Notes under the pieces: generated by a model
What the model was told of the DNA's origin: nothing
Seen by the model: the letters and a program-made list of their open reading frames with translations, nothing else
The model's database searches: none
In this document: one piece after another, positions 1 to 14,000 of the stretch
Layout: every line of letters begins with the position of its first letter
Numbering within the stretch: position 1 is the first letter of the stretch
Made by a program: the position numbers and the translations under genes
DNA from: Eledone cirrhosa
Taxonomy: Eukaryota
Direction of reading: 5' to 3'
DNA length: 64,000 bases
Assembly (NCBI GenBank): GCA_964016885.1
Contig: OZ024747.1
Location: 40,238,001-40,302,000 of the forward strand

Positions 1-240
1 TATACAAGGAAAACAATACATACTCAGAAGAATTGATTATATTCTTCTTGTTACCATGGTAGCATGTACTCCGCTCTTGCCAAACATTCAACTTTCTAAT
101 CTCATTATGAACAACTTGCTATTAAATGTAGATAGTAATAAGGGTCAACTTATATAGCAGTGATACAATATGAATCTTTACTGCCAAGTAGTAAACAAGT
201 GGAGTGAAGATCCTTAAAATCACTGAACACCTCTTACTAT

Positions 241-428
241 AACTGTTTCTACTTTTGGCACAAAGCCAGCAATTATCCCAGTGTACTACTGGTACTTTAT
301 TTTATCGACCCCGTAAGGATGAAAGGCAAAGTTAACCTCGGCGGGATTTGAACTCAGACCATAAAGGGCCGTAACTCTTTGCTGCAGAGCATGGCGTCCG
401 ACCCTCTACCGACACTGCCAATCCAACA
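241..428 (-). mobile_element. tRNA-derived SINE family A (~185 bp)
   Basis: A box TGGCAGTGTCGG, B box GAGTTCAAATCC, body GCCTTTCATCCTTACGGGGTCGATAAAATAAAGTACCAG, tail AGAAACA(A/G)TT; TSD ctcttactataac on both sides. Confidence 0.85.
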
Positions 429-568
429 ACTCTTACTATAACACCAGCAAGTTGCAATAAATATTTCCAGTTAAAGCTTCAGTTCTCTGAACTTGTCTAA
501 AATAGTGAACACGTGGAATATCAATAATATAGGATAATCATTAAATTAAAACATCCCCATGGCAGTCA

Positions 569-784
569 TTAACCCATAAGCATTTAAAACAACCATATCC
601 GGCCAGAATTCTCTCACCTCTTTCAGTTCAAACAAGCCATAATTGGCCACTCATACTAATGTTAAGGTATTGTTCTCAAAATAAATAATATCAAAATCTC
701 ATAGACTCAATATTATGTGAGATGAAGCCTTTACTGAGAAAATACAATAGTATATATAGAGTAATGTAAATGCTAAAAGATTAA
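569..784. mobile_element. piggyBac-type MITE (TTAA ends)
   Basis: TTAA|CCCATAAGCATTTA...TAAATGCTAAAAGA|TTAA; same body at 18989-19481 and 54683-54909. Confidence 0.7.
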
Positions 785-899
785 TGAGTACGGTTTACCT
801 AAGTATTTTGTAGAAGGTGTATTACAATTATGTTTTACTATATTATAGTACTTCAGAAGGTTGCTACACATCCCATACTCAGTGCACAAAGCAAACAGT

Positions 900-1230
900 T
901 TTCACAGGCATCAAGTTAACAAATAAGCTGGCAGACAGGAGCCACTCCTTGCAATGGTGAAAAGATGGAAGCTTGCCTGGTATGATCATGTATCCCAGCA
1001 GAACTCTTTGTCCAAAACCTTGTTCAGGGCACAGTCGAGGGAGGACAAAGAAGAAGCAGACAAAGAATAATCCTGGTCTGACAAAATCAAAGACTGGACT
1101 GGTCACAACACTTGGACCCTTCTACATATGATGGAGAATAGGGACCAGTGATGATGGCTGACTACATGAGCATCTAGAGTGGCACCCCAACGATTGGCGG
1201 TACCAGTTGCATGAACATGATTGATTGACT
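900..1230 (+). mobile_element. Decayed RTE-clade LINE 3' fragment
   Basis: Remnant of the RTE C-terminal W.GHV...G.R..GR..K region followed by a (TGAT)n tail. Confidence 0.45.
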
Positions 1231-1244
1231 CATATTATAGTGCA

Positions 1245-1430
1245 GTGGATTTGCAGTATCGGTAGAGGGTTGGACGCCATGCTCTGCAGCAAAGAGTTAT
1301 GGCCCTTTATGGTCTGATTTCAAATCCCGCTGAGGTTAACTTTGCCTTTCATCCTTACGGGGTTGATAAAATAAAATACCAGTAATACACTGGGATAATT
1401 GCTGGCCTTGTGCCAAGAGTAGAAACAATT
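1245..1430 (+). mobile_element. SINE family A copy
   Basis: Close reverse complement of 241-428. Confidence 0.85.
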
Positions 1431-1639
1431 TTAGTTAGTATATCACTAGGACAAACAGAAATGATATAACTCCAGTAAACCTGATCATATGCTTTGGAGT
1501 GGAGTGGTTAACTTACATGGTAGACTTAATACAAGTTTGAGATAAGAAAAATAAGATCACCTTCCACTCTACATTAGCATGTATGTACACTATGATTTGT
1601 GCTGTAAATAATTGATCTAGAATTAATTATTAACATTTA

Positions 1640-1862
1640 TCGCTGGATGAAGAGGTGTCAAGAAATTCCAGTGCAAGGAAACCACAGTAGACGTAGACCA
1701 AGGCTAACCTGGGTGGAGGTGCTGAGAACTGATCACAAATCACTGAAACTACCAGAGAAGATGAAGAAACGTGACAAGTGGAGCATTGTTGTGCAAAAGA
1801 GGATCCATCCAACCTATGCACACATGGAAAAACAGACGTAAAAGCAATGATGATGATGATGG
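1640..1862 (+). mobile_element. RTE LINE 3' end fragment
   Basis: KRCQEIPVQG..RRRPRLTW.EV...D matches the end of the RTE at 8700-8890; tail AGACGTAAAA...(GAT)n. Confidence 0.75.
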
Positions 1863-1971
1863 TTGCCAATATCATGAAGAATAATACTTAGAAAACATAT
1901 TAGATTTAGTAAATTCAGTGTGAGATAAATCCATGCAGAATTATAACAGAGCAGTAAAACTCAAAGATTAC

Positions 1972-2100
1972 CTGAGGATTAAAGAAACCAGCCATCCAAA
2001 AGTAATTAGGACGTCCTTCAAACAACCAGTTGGAAAACTGTTCATTTCTTTCAAGGAGATCTGTGAACCAAAACCCTATTGTTGCAGCATCCCATGAAAT
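1972..2100 (-). CDS. DNAH5: Dynein HC exon (C-terminal domain), last exon found in window
   Basis: tctag|[22 protein letters not shown]...[10 protein letters not shown]|gtaatc; 129 nt. Confidence 0.93.
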
Positions 2101-3056
2101 CTAGAAAAAGAGGAGTAAAGAAAAGTGACATAATAACTTGCTATTTTCTTTAATATTATTCTAAATGGAATTAATGTCATAAAAAAAGGGAAATCAATAT
2201 TTTGTTCAATTACCACTTATCATTTGCATAGCCAGGATTTCTTAATTATTAAAACATTTCTACCTTATCCCATCTAATTTGTGAAAAACACAAAATTAAA
2301 ATAAATACCCACCACTCTCTCTCTGTATATATATATATATATATATATATGGCCAGTAATTCGGAGGAATTTACATTTAACAAACAAACACCTATTGACT
2401 ATAAAAGACTCAAAATAATCCCATGGTTAATAGCTGTGAGTAACAAACAACATACACACATAAATACGAACTACAACATAAAAAACACTTAAATGAAAAT
2501 CACATAACGAACTCTATCTAGTGCTTTACATAAAAAATACCTACATTAGCACCACACACCTCTCTAACAAATTGCACACTATCTTAAACATGTATAACAA
2601 ATATAACATGCTTTAACACCCCACACAAAATATGTTTATTTCAACTGCATTATAACTCTTTGCTCATACATGCCTCATTGACTGTATTGACTCCTGCATT
2701 GTACACCAATTGTCCTTGCTTATAACTTCTTTCCCTGTGTTTTTTTGCTTGTGTTTTTTTTCTTTGTTGTGATTTTTTTGCTTGTGCTTTTTACTTTTAC
2801 TTATACCTATTACACTTCCAACCTGTGCTGCCTGTAATTGTGTTATTTCAAGCGGAACATCTTTTTAACACCTGACTCTCCACATGATGCCTTTGACACT
2901 AATAACAATTATGTACTCTAAATGTTCTAAATGACTAGGATTCTAGTTACACGTTTTCAACATTCCTTATGCTCCGATGAATCCAGACTTCCCTCTGGAA
3001 GAAACAATTGTCAGCTAATAAATGTTCTAAACTAAAATTTGATCGTTTTAACACTT

Positions 3057-3108
<52 letters not shown>

Positions 3109-5011
3109 AGGTGTGTATATATTTTTATCCTTTAAACATAAAGCTACTTTAACTCCCTACAAACCCACCAATGTGTATATAAACAGATCTTGGCATCCCT
3201 GTCAACTGTTTAGATGTGTCTTTTCTCATATAAGCTGTCATATCTGATTTAAGCTCCCCATGTTTCTTTCTTTGGGGATAGGATATATGTCAACAAATCC
3301 AGGACTATCACTGAACTAAAGGAATACCTCAGGGAGGTGATCAGAGCTATCCCTAGGTCTTCTTGTAAAGACATTATGCTAAACTTCACCATGTGCCTCA
3401 AAAAATGCATGTATTTAAATGAAGGTCATTTGGAACACGAGCTGTAACTCTAGACAGAAACATCAGATGATAAGGACGTTAAGGGTTTATCGTAAATATA
3501 TTCAGAGTTTCATCAGTTTTTGTTACTAATTTTTTTATTGTAAATATTTTTGCTGAAAGACCAGCAGTTGCAAGATCCCATCACCTTTTTAGTGATGTTG
3601 GCATCAGTTTCATCACAAAGGACAAAGAGGTATACCACAAAGCATTGTGTTTAATGTTCTAATAATTCTGCCAAACCATTACCCTGGACTTGAACTTTAT
3701 TTATTGAATGTGAATGGATGAAAGGCAAATTTGACCTCAGGTGGATTTGAACTCAGAGCACAGATGTCCAGCATAAACACTGAGAAGCATTTAATCTGAC
3801 ATTCTACTGCCAATAGAACAATATCTTCTGTCATTAGTAATAATTCTTCAAACGGGGGTTAACCATTGACTAACCTTTCTCCAGGTATCTGGCACTCTTG
3901 CATTATAAATGTTATCTAGAGCATCTCTAAGAATCTCATTAATGATAATTGTTCCATCAATACCAAGCTTTAAGTTGATCAATGTTTTGCGAACAATTGC
4001 AATTACTCTCTGCATACGGTCCACTTCTTGTCGTAGAAAGATATTCATTGGCTGGATTATTCCCATCTTCTTTAACCGCTCTTTTACCTGAAAAAAGATT
4101 ATATACCATTGTAAAACAGCAATTTGAATATAAACTAAAATCAGCAAATTTATATTGATAAAAAACAATTCAGTTTGACCATACTCATTATCTATAATCA
4201 ATTATTGTCAGAGTAGCATTTCCTTGTGAACTGAGGAATAATGCCTTTGATATTTTGTTATTTTCATTAGATATATAAATTATTGATTTCCCACTTTAAA
4301 TAAATACAAATTTTGTATGAAGGATCATCATTGAATCCGCTATAATATTCGGTATTTTGTTGGTGCAGGGGGAAGAAAGCCAAAAGATGTAGTGGCTTAC
4401 CAACAGCAATAGTTAATCCTTCATTGAAAATTGCAGTGGGGGTCTTACTATATATACTCAAATATAAGCCAACCCCTCTATTTTATATCTGAGAAATGGG
4501 CAAAAATCCAAACCTTATTTACATAGAATTTGAAGTTAGTGAAAATCATCAAAATATTGACCCTGACATAAGCCAAACCCACTGTTTCTACCATCAATTT
4601 TTTGGTCACACATTGCTTGGCTTATATTTGCATATATATGGAGGCACATGGCTTAGTGGTTAGAGCATTGGTCTTGCAATCGAAAGGTTGTGAGTTCAAT
4701 TCTCAGACTGGGTGATGTGTTGTTTCCTTGAGCAAGACACTTTATTTCACATTGCTCCAGTTTACTCAGCTGTAGAAATGAGATGATAGGGACTGGGATC
4801 CCTATCATTCCACTGTAAAGTGGTCGTGGAGGTGCCACGGCAAAAAAGCACCCAGGCCACACTGTAAAGTGGACGTGTAGGTGCCACAGAAAAAAAAGCA
4901 CCCACCACTCACTGTAAATGAGGTTGGTGTTAGGAAGGGCATCCAGCTGTAGAAATCAAGCCAGAATCAGTTCCTGTCCCACCCTTGCAAGCAGGGAAAA
5001 GCGAACGTAAA

Positions 5012-5047
<36 letters not shown>

Positions 5048-8000
5048 TGGTAATTCAAAATGAAATGGTTTCTCACCCCTGAAATATCACCACAGATTTG
5101 ATTGAAGTAATCACCAGATCACTCAAATGATTTACAAAAAGAGAAATATCTGCATTGCTGATATAAAGGTTTATAAACTCCGTAAACAGGAAGTTGCCAA
5201 AATACTCAATATCTGAAGTCTTAGTTATAACATAAGAATTTGAACTCAAAACATATGCTAAAAATGTTCACTGCTTTGAATACAAATCCCAGATTTACCA
5301 GCCTGAGCTTCTGTCCAGCTTAGATTAAAGAAAATATATACTAGTGACAAAGTGTGATAGAATTAATTGCTCATACCAACTCTGCTATACAATTGGAATT
5401 GTGCATAGTCAAGATAAAATATTATTAGTGTAGGCAACTCGTCTAGGAGAGCTACCACTCCAAATAAATTGGTCCCCTAAGTCCAGTAAGATAACCTCTC
5501 TAGTACTGGTGGCACGAATAAAAGCACCCAGTCCATGCTGAAAAGTGGTGCTGGTGATAGGAAGGGCATCCAACTAGTGTATTAATGCCAAAACAATTAT
5601 GAGCCCAACTACAAATATATATCGCAAAAAGTGCGTGAACAGCAATAACACTAACCATCTTAGGGCTACAAACAGTAGTGGGGTGGCTAGTGAGCCATGT
5701 GCAAGGAACTCCCCAACCATCATCAAGCAATCACACAACATGATTATAAACCATTTTTCTTTGCAGAAAAGGAAGAAACAACGAAAGATGTCACATCTCA
5801 GGGTTACCACACTTAATTTTGGCACCCTGACAGGTAGATCTGGTGAGATAGTGGAGATGTTATAGAGAAGACATGTGGATGTGTCACATCTCAGGGTTGC
5901 CATATTTAATGTTAACACCCTGACAGGTAGATCTGGTGAGATAGTGGAGATGCTAGAGAGAAGACATGTGGATGTGTGCTTCGTGCAAGAGGTGAGATGG
6001 AGAGATGCCTCAGCAAGACGAATTGCAGGCAAACATCTTAGTTATAAGCTTTTCTGGGTGGGTAATGATGATGGGTTAGGTGGAGTAGGCATTTTACTGG
6101 CTGAGAGGTGGATCAATAAGATAATAGAGGTAGTTAGAGTCAGTAATAGAATAATTAAGATTAGATTAGTTGTAGGCAATAGACTGCTGACAATTATCTC
6201 TACCTATGCTCCCCAGATGGGCCTAGGTAAAGAAGAGAAGGACTACTTTTACGAGTAACTTCTAGAAACAGCCACAATGACAGAGAACAGAGACCTAGTT
6301 ATACTAGCAGGGGACTTCAATGGACAGCTCCAGGATGGATACACTGGGGTACATGGTGGTCAGGGTTATGACTCAAGAAACAAGGAAGGAATGAGGCTTC
6401 TTGAATTTTGTGATGCAAGTGAACTAACCATTTGCCACACTAACTTCAAGAAGCCTACCAACCACCTAATAACCTACCAATCAGGCAAGCACATAAGCCA
6501 GATTGACTTCTTGCTAGTTAGGCAATGAGATAGACAGATGGTGTCAAATACTAAGGCATACCCTGAGGAAGAATGTACCCCCTAGCATAGGTTAGTTGTT
6601 AGTGACATCTCAATAAGCAAGAGACAAAATAAGACATACAGGAAGGTGTGGAAAGAAAGGTCTGGAAGCTAAAAGACCCTTTCACTAAAATATAAATTTA
6701 AGAAAGCCCTTCAAGATGTGTATGACGAAAAGGAAGACGAGTTAGAATCATATGACATAGATGATAACTAGAATTTCTTACGTGACAACTTACTGCAGAC
6801 TACTGATGAAACTTGTGGCTGGAGCAGAGCTCCAACCAGACAGAGAGTGTCCTGGTGGTGGAAAAGCACAGTAGATAGGACCATTAGAGAAAAAAGACAA
6901 GCATGGAACGCTTGGAAAAATTGTGGGAGTAGAGACCGATACACAGCCGCTAAAAGAGAAGCTAGACGTCAGGTGTACTTAGTACGCAGGGAAGCTGAGA
7001 GTAGAAAGTTTGCCAATGTTCTGCAATGAGAAGATCAGTGATGTGCAGTGTTCCGCATTGCAAGGCAGTGTGTCAGTGTAAATCAGGATGTTGTTGGAGA
7101 TAAGTGTGTACTTAGTGTCACTGATGCTCGGAAAAAGAAGGCCTAGAAATGTCATTATGAGAGACTGATGAATGTTGAGAACGAATGGGAGAGAGAGAAA
7201 CTACCCCCAGTAGACCAGACAGAGGGACCAGCTATTGAGATTGACAACTATAGGGTCAAAGAGGCAATTAAGGAAATGAAAAGTGGTAAGGCCACTGGAC
7301 TGTTGGGGATAGTTTCTAAGATGCTGAAGGCATCAGGAGAAGTAGGAACTGAACTGGTTGCATACAATCGTCAATCAAACTATATATGGTGGAGTCATAC
7401 CCAAAGACGGGAGCATCAGTATTCTCATAAATTGCTAGTAAGCTAAAGGGGATGCACTGGAGAGGTGCAATTATAGAGGCATAAAACTGATGGATCAGGT
7501 TATGAAAGTGGTAGAAAAAATACTAGTGCAACTAATTAGAGAAAGGGTCAAATTAGATGTGATGCAGTTTGGTTTTGTGCCTGGGAAAAGTACAACAGAT
7601 GCCCTCTTCTTAGTGAGATAACTACAAGAGAGGTTCTTAGAGAAGAATAAGCCACTATACTTAGCTTTTGTTGACCTAGAGAAGGCCTTTGATAGGGTAC
7701 CCCTATATGTCATCAGGTGGTCCCTAAGGAAGCTAGGTGTAGAGAAATGGCTTGTGAGAACAGTGCAAGCAATGTACAGGGGTGCTGTCAATAAAGTGAA
7801 AATAGGAATGGAGTTTAGTGAGGAATTCCAGATACAAGTAGGTGTACATCAGGGTTCGGTCCTCAGCCCGCTGTTGTTCATTATAATCCTCCAAGCCATA
7901 ACAGAGGAGTTTAAGACTGGCTGTCCATGGGAACTTCTCTATGCTGACGATCTGGTACTTATAGCAGAATCAGTAGAGGGACTAGAGAATAAATTCTGGC

Positions 8001-11000
8001 TTTGGAAACAGCAGTTGGAATCAAGAGGACTGAGAGTGAACCTAGCAAAGACTAAAGTGTTGATAAGTATAAAAGAGGACAAAACTCTGATTCCATCAGG
8101 TAAATGGCCATGTTCGATATGTAGAAAAGGAGTTGGCATAAATTCTACAAAATGTACACAATGCAGATCTTGGGTACACAAGAGATGTAGTGGGATAGCA
8201 GGCAAACTAACAGGTAGGGAAAACTACATATGCAGTAGATGTTCAGGGAAATTTGACAGTAGAAGTCGCAGTGATAGACACATTTTTCAAATGCAGGTAA
8301 GATCTATAAAGGTGGTTGATAGCTTCCGATACCTAAGTGATCAGATTAGCAAGGGAGGAGGTTGCTCTGAGGCCATAGTATCTAGAATAAGGATGGGTTG
8401 GAAGAAGTTTAGGGAGCTGCTTCCTCGGTTGACAAAGAAGGGTTTCTCCTTAGAAACAAAAGGCTGGCTATATGATGCCTGTGTGAGAGGCACGATGCTA
8501 CATGGTAGTGAGACATGGGCAACAACTGCAGAGGATATTTGATGGCTGGAGAGAAATGAAGCAAGCAAGCTCCACTGGATGTGCAATGTCAATGTGCATG
8601 AATGACCAAGCATAGAGAAGTTGAGAGAGAAACTGTGTATAAGAGAGATAGGTTGTATTGTGCAGGAGAGAAGATTGCGTATGGACATGTGATGCGCATG
8701 GAGGATGACATGTGATGCGCATAGAGTAAAGAAGTGCCAAGAAATCCCAGTAGAAGGAAGATGCAGTTGAGGAAGATGACGTAAAACATGGGCAGAGGTG
8801 GTGAGAGCTGACCTCAAATCGCTGAAGCTCACGGAGGAGATGACAAAGGACCGTGATGAATGGAGAGATGATGTGCTGAATAGAACCTGTCCCACCTTTG
8901 CAAGCAGGGAAAAGCGGACGTAAAATGATGATGATGATGATAATCATTCTCATCCTCAGTATCAACATCCCTATGTTAATACTGATACAGGCAATTAACT
9001 CGACATTCTGATGCAAAAATGTATTTATTTACATCAAAAGGTTTGTAGTCATCTGGCATCTTTTCAAGCATATCATTAGCGAGTCTATACACAACGCTTT
9101 CTCTTGTTTCACCTTCTCCTCCTCGAGATTCTTTAGGCTGGATGTTCATAACAGTTGAAAGTAGATCATTGGCTGTATTGGTCTGGTATCTGAAAGTGAA
9201 GAAACAATAAATTATCCATCTATTATATGTATGTATAAAATTTGATCCCATATAAAATACACCCAACTATTTTTTACTTAAGAATTAGGATTATTCCAAA
9301 TATCACTTAAAATATCATTTGAAAGTCAACCCTACTTTTTCACAGATAGCAGATGAACATTAACGACTTAAGGTATTATATTTAATATAAATGTTATGAG
9401 GAAATTAATCTTACTATGATATTATGTCTTGATAATCGCAAATGGAAATATTTATAAGAGCTATGCAGTTTTATTATGTATTTTGGTGGCTGTACAAAGT
9501 CTGTTTTGATGCATAGAATTATTAGTATTATTACTGTAATACATTGTTGAACTTTTATTCATTTGAATTTAAGGTTACAGTAATTTTTGAAAAATAAAAA
9601 TATATATATATATTTTAAGTTGACTACATTCTGACAGACAATGATTTGATATTTAATTTATAAATGTGTTATGAGTGTTAGAATAATGTACTAACAGGTA
9701 TCACTAGCATTATGTATTATACCCTTTGGCTAATTAAATAGCCAAATACTGGGACTTAACTAACCCCTCCTTCTCATGTCAGTTGCCATCAAGATCTCTT
9801 CAGTCCTTGAAATGTTGATTTTCTTCACAAAATTGGGAGGAGTGCATCCCACCTGAGAAAGGATTCCCATGATGTATAGTGATTGATGCAGTGGGTGGAG
9901 TTTGTTTCTCTTGGCAATGCTTTTGCCATTTTGTCCAGGGTGCAGCTAACATTGAAGTGTAGAATCTGCCACTCCCCCCACTTCCCTTAATACAGACCTA
10001 TCACACAGACACATACACACAGATTCTCTAACTGTCCTACTATATGGCTAATTTACATCTGAAGTTTTATAGTTAGATGATTTTCATAGTGACCAAGTGA
10101 ATGCAATATTGTTGGAACTGATAACTAATCATGTTATTAGATGTTGTATAACACTTTCATTACCATATTTCTAATACAAAACATTGCCTATGACTTTCAA
10201 AAGTTATTTAAACGAAGTGAAAATAATTTAATTCTGAGAACATGAAGCATCAGATATATTTGAAAATGTACTCTTACGTAATATCTGCATTGGCGTGTAG
10301 ACCAAAAGCTAGAGGTGTGTCCACTGGAGGAAGGTGTTCAATAAATGAACGGAAGTCCTCAATTGTTTTGCACTTTGGTATTGTGTAGCCTAGTAATAAA
10401 GTTCAAATATGTTCCTTCTTTAGTATTTAACATGCCACAAAAATATAATATTGAGACAAGAAGTCTAATTTTACATTTCATTTCTATTATAGTGTTCTTT
10501 AGAATTAAAACTTATATATTACTACTGACCAATCTGCCACACACAAACCCTGATAAACATTATTTTAACCTTTCTCTTATCATATTCCTAACTAAATTCA
10601 CTATGATTGTCAAATAATTTAGAATAATCAACAATTTAGAAGGATTTTATAATATAACTGACATTCTAATAATTTTGAAAATAATCAAGAATTTGAAAGG
10701 ATTTTGTAGTATAAGTAACTTTCTAAATATTTATCTGGTTCTTGGAACATAACTTAACAAAGGTTCTTATATAAAATTATAATTGTTTCTACTTTTGGCA
10801 CAAGGCCAGCAATTACCCAGTATATTACTGGTACTTTATTTTATCGACCCCGTAAGGATGAAAGGCAAAGTTAACCTCGGCCAGATTTGAACTCACACCG
10901 TAAAGGGACGTAACTATGCTGGAAAGCATGGCGTCCGACTCTCTACCGATACTGCCAATCCACCGCCCATTATATAAAATTATAATGGAAGGTTGTCAGA

Positions 11001-14000
11001 TAAATATAAACTCTTTAAAACAACCAGTTTTGTATATCAGAATCAGGGTTTGTTTCAGGTGGTTTGGTAACAAAAAGGTTAATATTACCTTGGAAAACAT
11101 TTTATCAATTAAACTAGTTTCGATGACGACAATACAAGGTGTAATACATACAATATTGAAGAAATGTATTTGTTACATTAAGTTATTATACATTGGCATT
11201 ACTTTTAATATCCAGTATTCTATACTTGCATAGTATGCACGGTCCTGTAACTCTTGTGGGAAAATTTGGGGTGCTGTTTTGACATACAGCATTTCAAGAG
11301 GATTTTAAAACGTAGCTTAGTTAAGTAATTGGATTCCCAATCATGAGGTTGCAAGTTCGATTCCAGGAACAGCCAATACATGATGTCTTTGAACAACATA
11401 CTTTATTTTACATTGCTCTTTCTGCCAGTTGTGACTATAGATAGTATCAGCAATGGAGAGACCAATGGAAACATTGTTTCCTTGGTCTGATTTAATGAGT
11501 TCCACCCCACTTGGTAAATGAATGAGGTCAAATCTTGTCAATCATTTCTTCTTTTTATGATTGTATATCTATTCAAATAATTCATGAAGAATTTTAGGGG
11601 ATTTAATAAATTATTAATTATTTCACAACTAAGATAGTAAGTTAAGATATATTTCTTATATAAAATTATGTCTGAAATTTTTCACTTAAATAGGAACCCT
11701 GTAAAATAGGTAGCTTTATTTCATAGAACCGGAGCCATCAACAGTTATGTAATACATTAAATATCTATATACCGTGTTTCCCCTATTATAAGACCTACTT
11801 CAAAAATAATCCCTAGCCTGTTTTTTATGTTGCTGTCCTATTATAAGCCCTACCCTGAAAATAAACCCTAGCACATTTTTGCAATAAAGATTATAAAAAG
11901 TAATATAAAAAACAAATTTCAAATTTCAAGTAATCTCTGATTACTAATATAATAAGTATTTGAATAAATACATCTTTTATTTATTTTGTTATTTTTTATA
12001 TCAGTATAATGATACTTTTATCAAAACTTTTGTGCTGTTATTTTTTTTTTAGTAAAAATATAAACCATACCTCGAAAATAAATACTTGTGCCTTTTTTTA
12101 GGGAAAAATAATATGACCTGTCTTATAATAGGAAAAACATGGTATATCTCATCACTTGTTCAACACACTTAGATGTTCATTGATTACATAGTGATATTTC
12201 TTAAAATGATAAAATTTTAACCATACCACTATAGAAGCTAAAGGAATCTGAAAACATCTCTTCACAAAACCAAACTTTTGCAAGAGTGTTCAATAGTCTT
12301 TTATCATAATTATCTGTCACACGACCACCATATTGCACTTCACCAATCATATACCGGACAGTGTTCCAGGAAACTCCCTATTAAAGAAAAATAAGAAATT
12401 ATTGTTGAAAAAATGTTTATCATAAAAATCTTCATCCACATTTCAAGTTTCATCCACATTTTAAACTCTTTATTACTATATTTCTAATTAAATGCAGGAA
12501 CCCATGTCTTTCAATTTATTCTTAAAATAATAAAGAATTTGGAGGAATTTAATAAAATAGCTTAAATTTTTCATCTTTAAGCTGATGCTTTGGAACATAA
12601 TTGAACAAAGTTTCTTACATATGAAGCAAAAATAAATGTGTGGGTGTGTATGTGTGTATTTGTGTGTTTGTGTGTATTTGTATGTGTGTATTTGGGTGTG
12701 TATTTGTGTGTGTATGTGTGTATTTGGGTGTTTGTGTGTGTGTATGTGAGGCAATGTAGGAAGGAAATACACACCAAAAACAACAGCATATCATTGAGAT
12801 TTGAAACCTTCATAACATCAATAACAAATACTATTACTCTGAATCATAACGCTGTAACACCAGAAAATGTGTGATGTTCAAGAGAGGTGGGGAGAGAGTG
12901 ACAACCACAAGGAAATATGCAACTGAGGAACTTACATAAAAGAAAAATCAAGTTAAAGTCTGTTTCAAACCCGGACACTTGTCAGACTGGTGCTTATCTC
13001 TGAGTTCTAATTCCACCAAGGTTAGTTTTGCTTTCTGTCTTTATGGGGTCAAAAAAATAGAGCACCAGTTAAGTGCTGGTGTTGATTTAATTGACTTTCC
13101 CTTTCCCTTTAGATTGTTGGCTTTGTGCTAAATGTAGACACAATTATATATATTGTAAAGGTAATAGAGGACAAGCAACACAGAGAAAGTTACCAAGCGA
13201 GTAGTGTGTTTGCTGTTATATTTTTCTTTTTTACACTGACCTTCTTGATTGTTTAGTCTATTTATCTCATCTTCCTACCCCCACTCTAGTCACTGACATA
13301 CAATCAACATTCCCCTGACCTTTTTACCCTCCTCTCTAACTGTGTATTTTCACCAACATTGAACTTTATTACTGTCTACTGACCTATCTACATGCTAGTA
13401 CAATTATATCAAAAATCCAGGCACTGCCCCCCCCATAATGCTAAAAAGTCTAAAGTGTGTATGGAGCCCTGCAGGACAGGATGCTAATACATTGCAGGGT
13501 TAAACCTCCAGGTATTGTTGGTACTCATTTTCAGTTGAGTATACTGGAGCTACATGAAATAAAGTGTTTTGCTCAAGAACACAACACATAACCCAGTCCA
13601 GGAATTGAACCCACAATATTATGATCGTAAGTTCAACACCCTTACCACTAGGCCATGCAGCTCCATAATGCAGAGGAGAAGAAAATAGCCAAATACCAGG
13701 ACTTATCTGACTACTTACTTTTTGTGTTCGTTGCTGTCAGGACCTCTGGTTTCCTCGACCCCTAAACTACCATTTACCTCTGCAAAATTGGGAGGAGTCC
13801 ATCCCACATGAGGAAGGAGCCTCAGGAGATTGAGTGGCTGATGCAGCAAGTGTTCCTGGCTGTTCTCTACAGTAATGCCTTCTTTATTTTCTTCACAGGG
13901 CACAGCTGAGTTATACCACCTACACTAGACTGTACAGTCTGCCATCCCTCTCCTTTTCCTTTGTATTCTCTATTTAATTTTCTTTCTTTTTTTATATATG

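Noticed and set aside
1-1971. Next dynein exon (GFLTAMRQE...)
   Set aside because: Not found; the intron continues past the window edge
4640-4715. tRNA genes at SINE heads
   Set aside because: A/B boxes present but no acceptor stem; they continue into repeat bodies
5400-5510. HDV-like ribozyme at the RTE 5' end
   Set aside because: Known in some RTEs, but I could not build the nested double pseudoknot by eye
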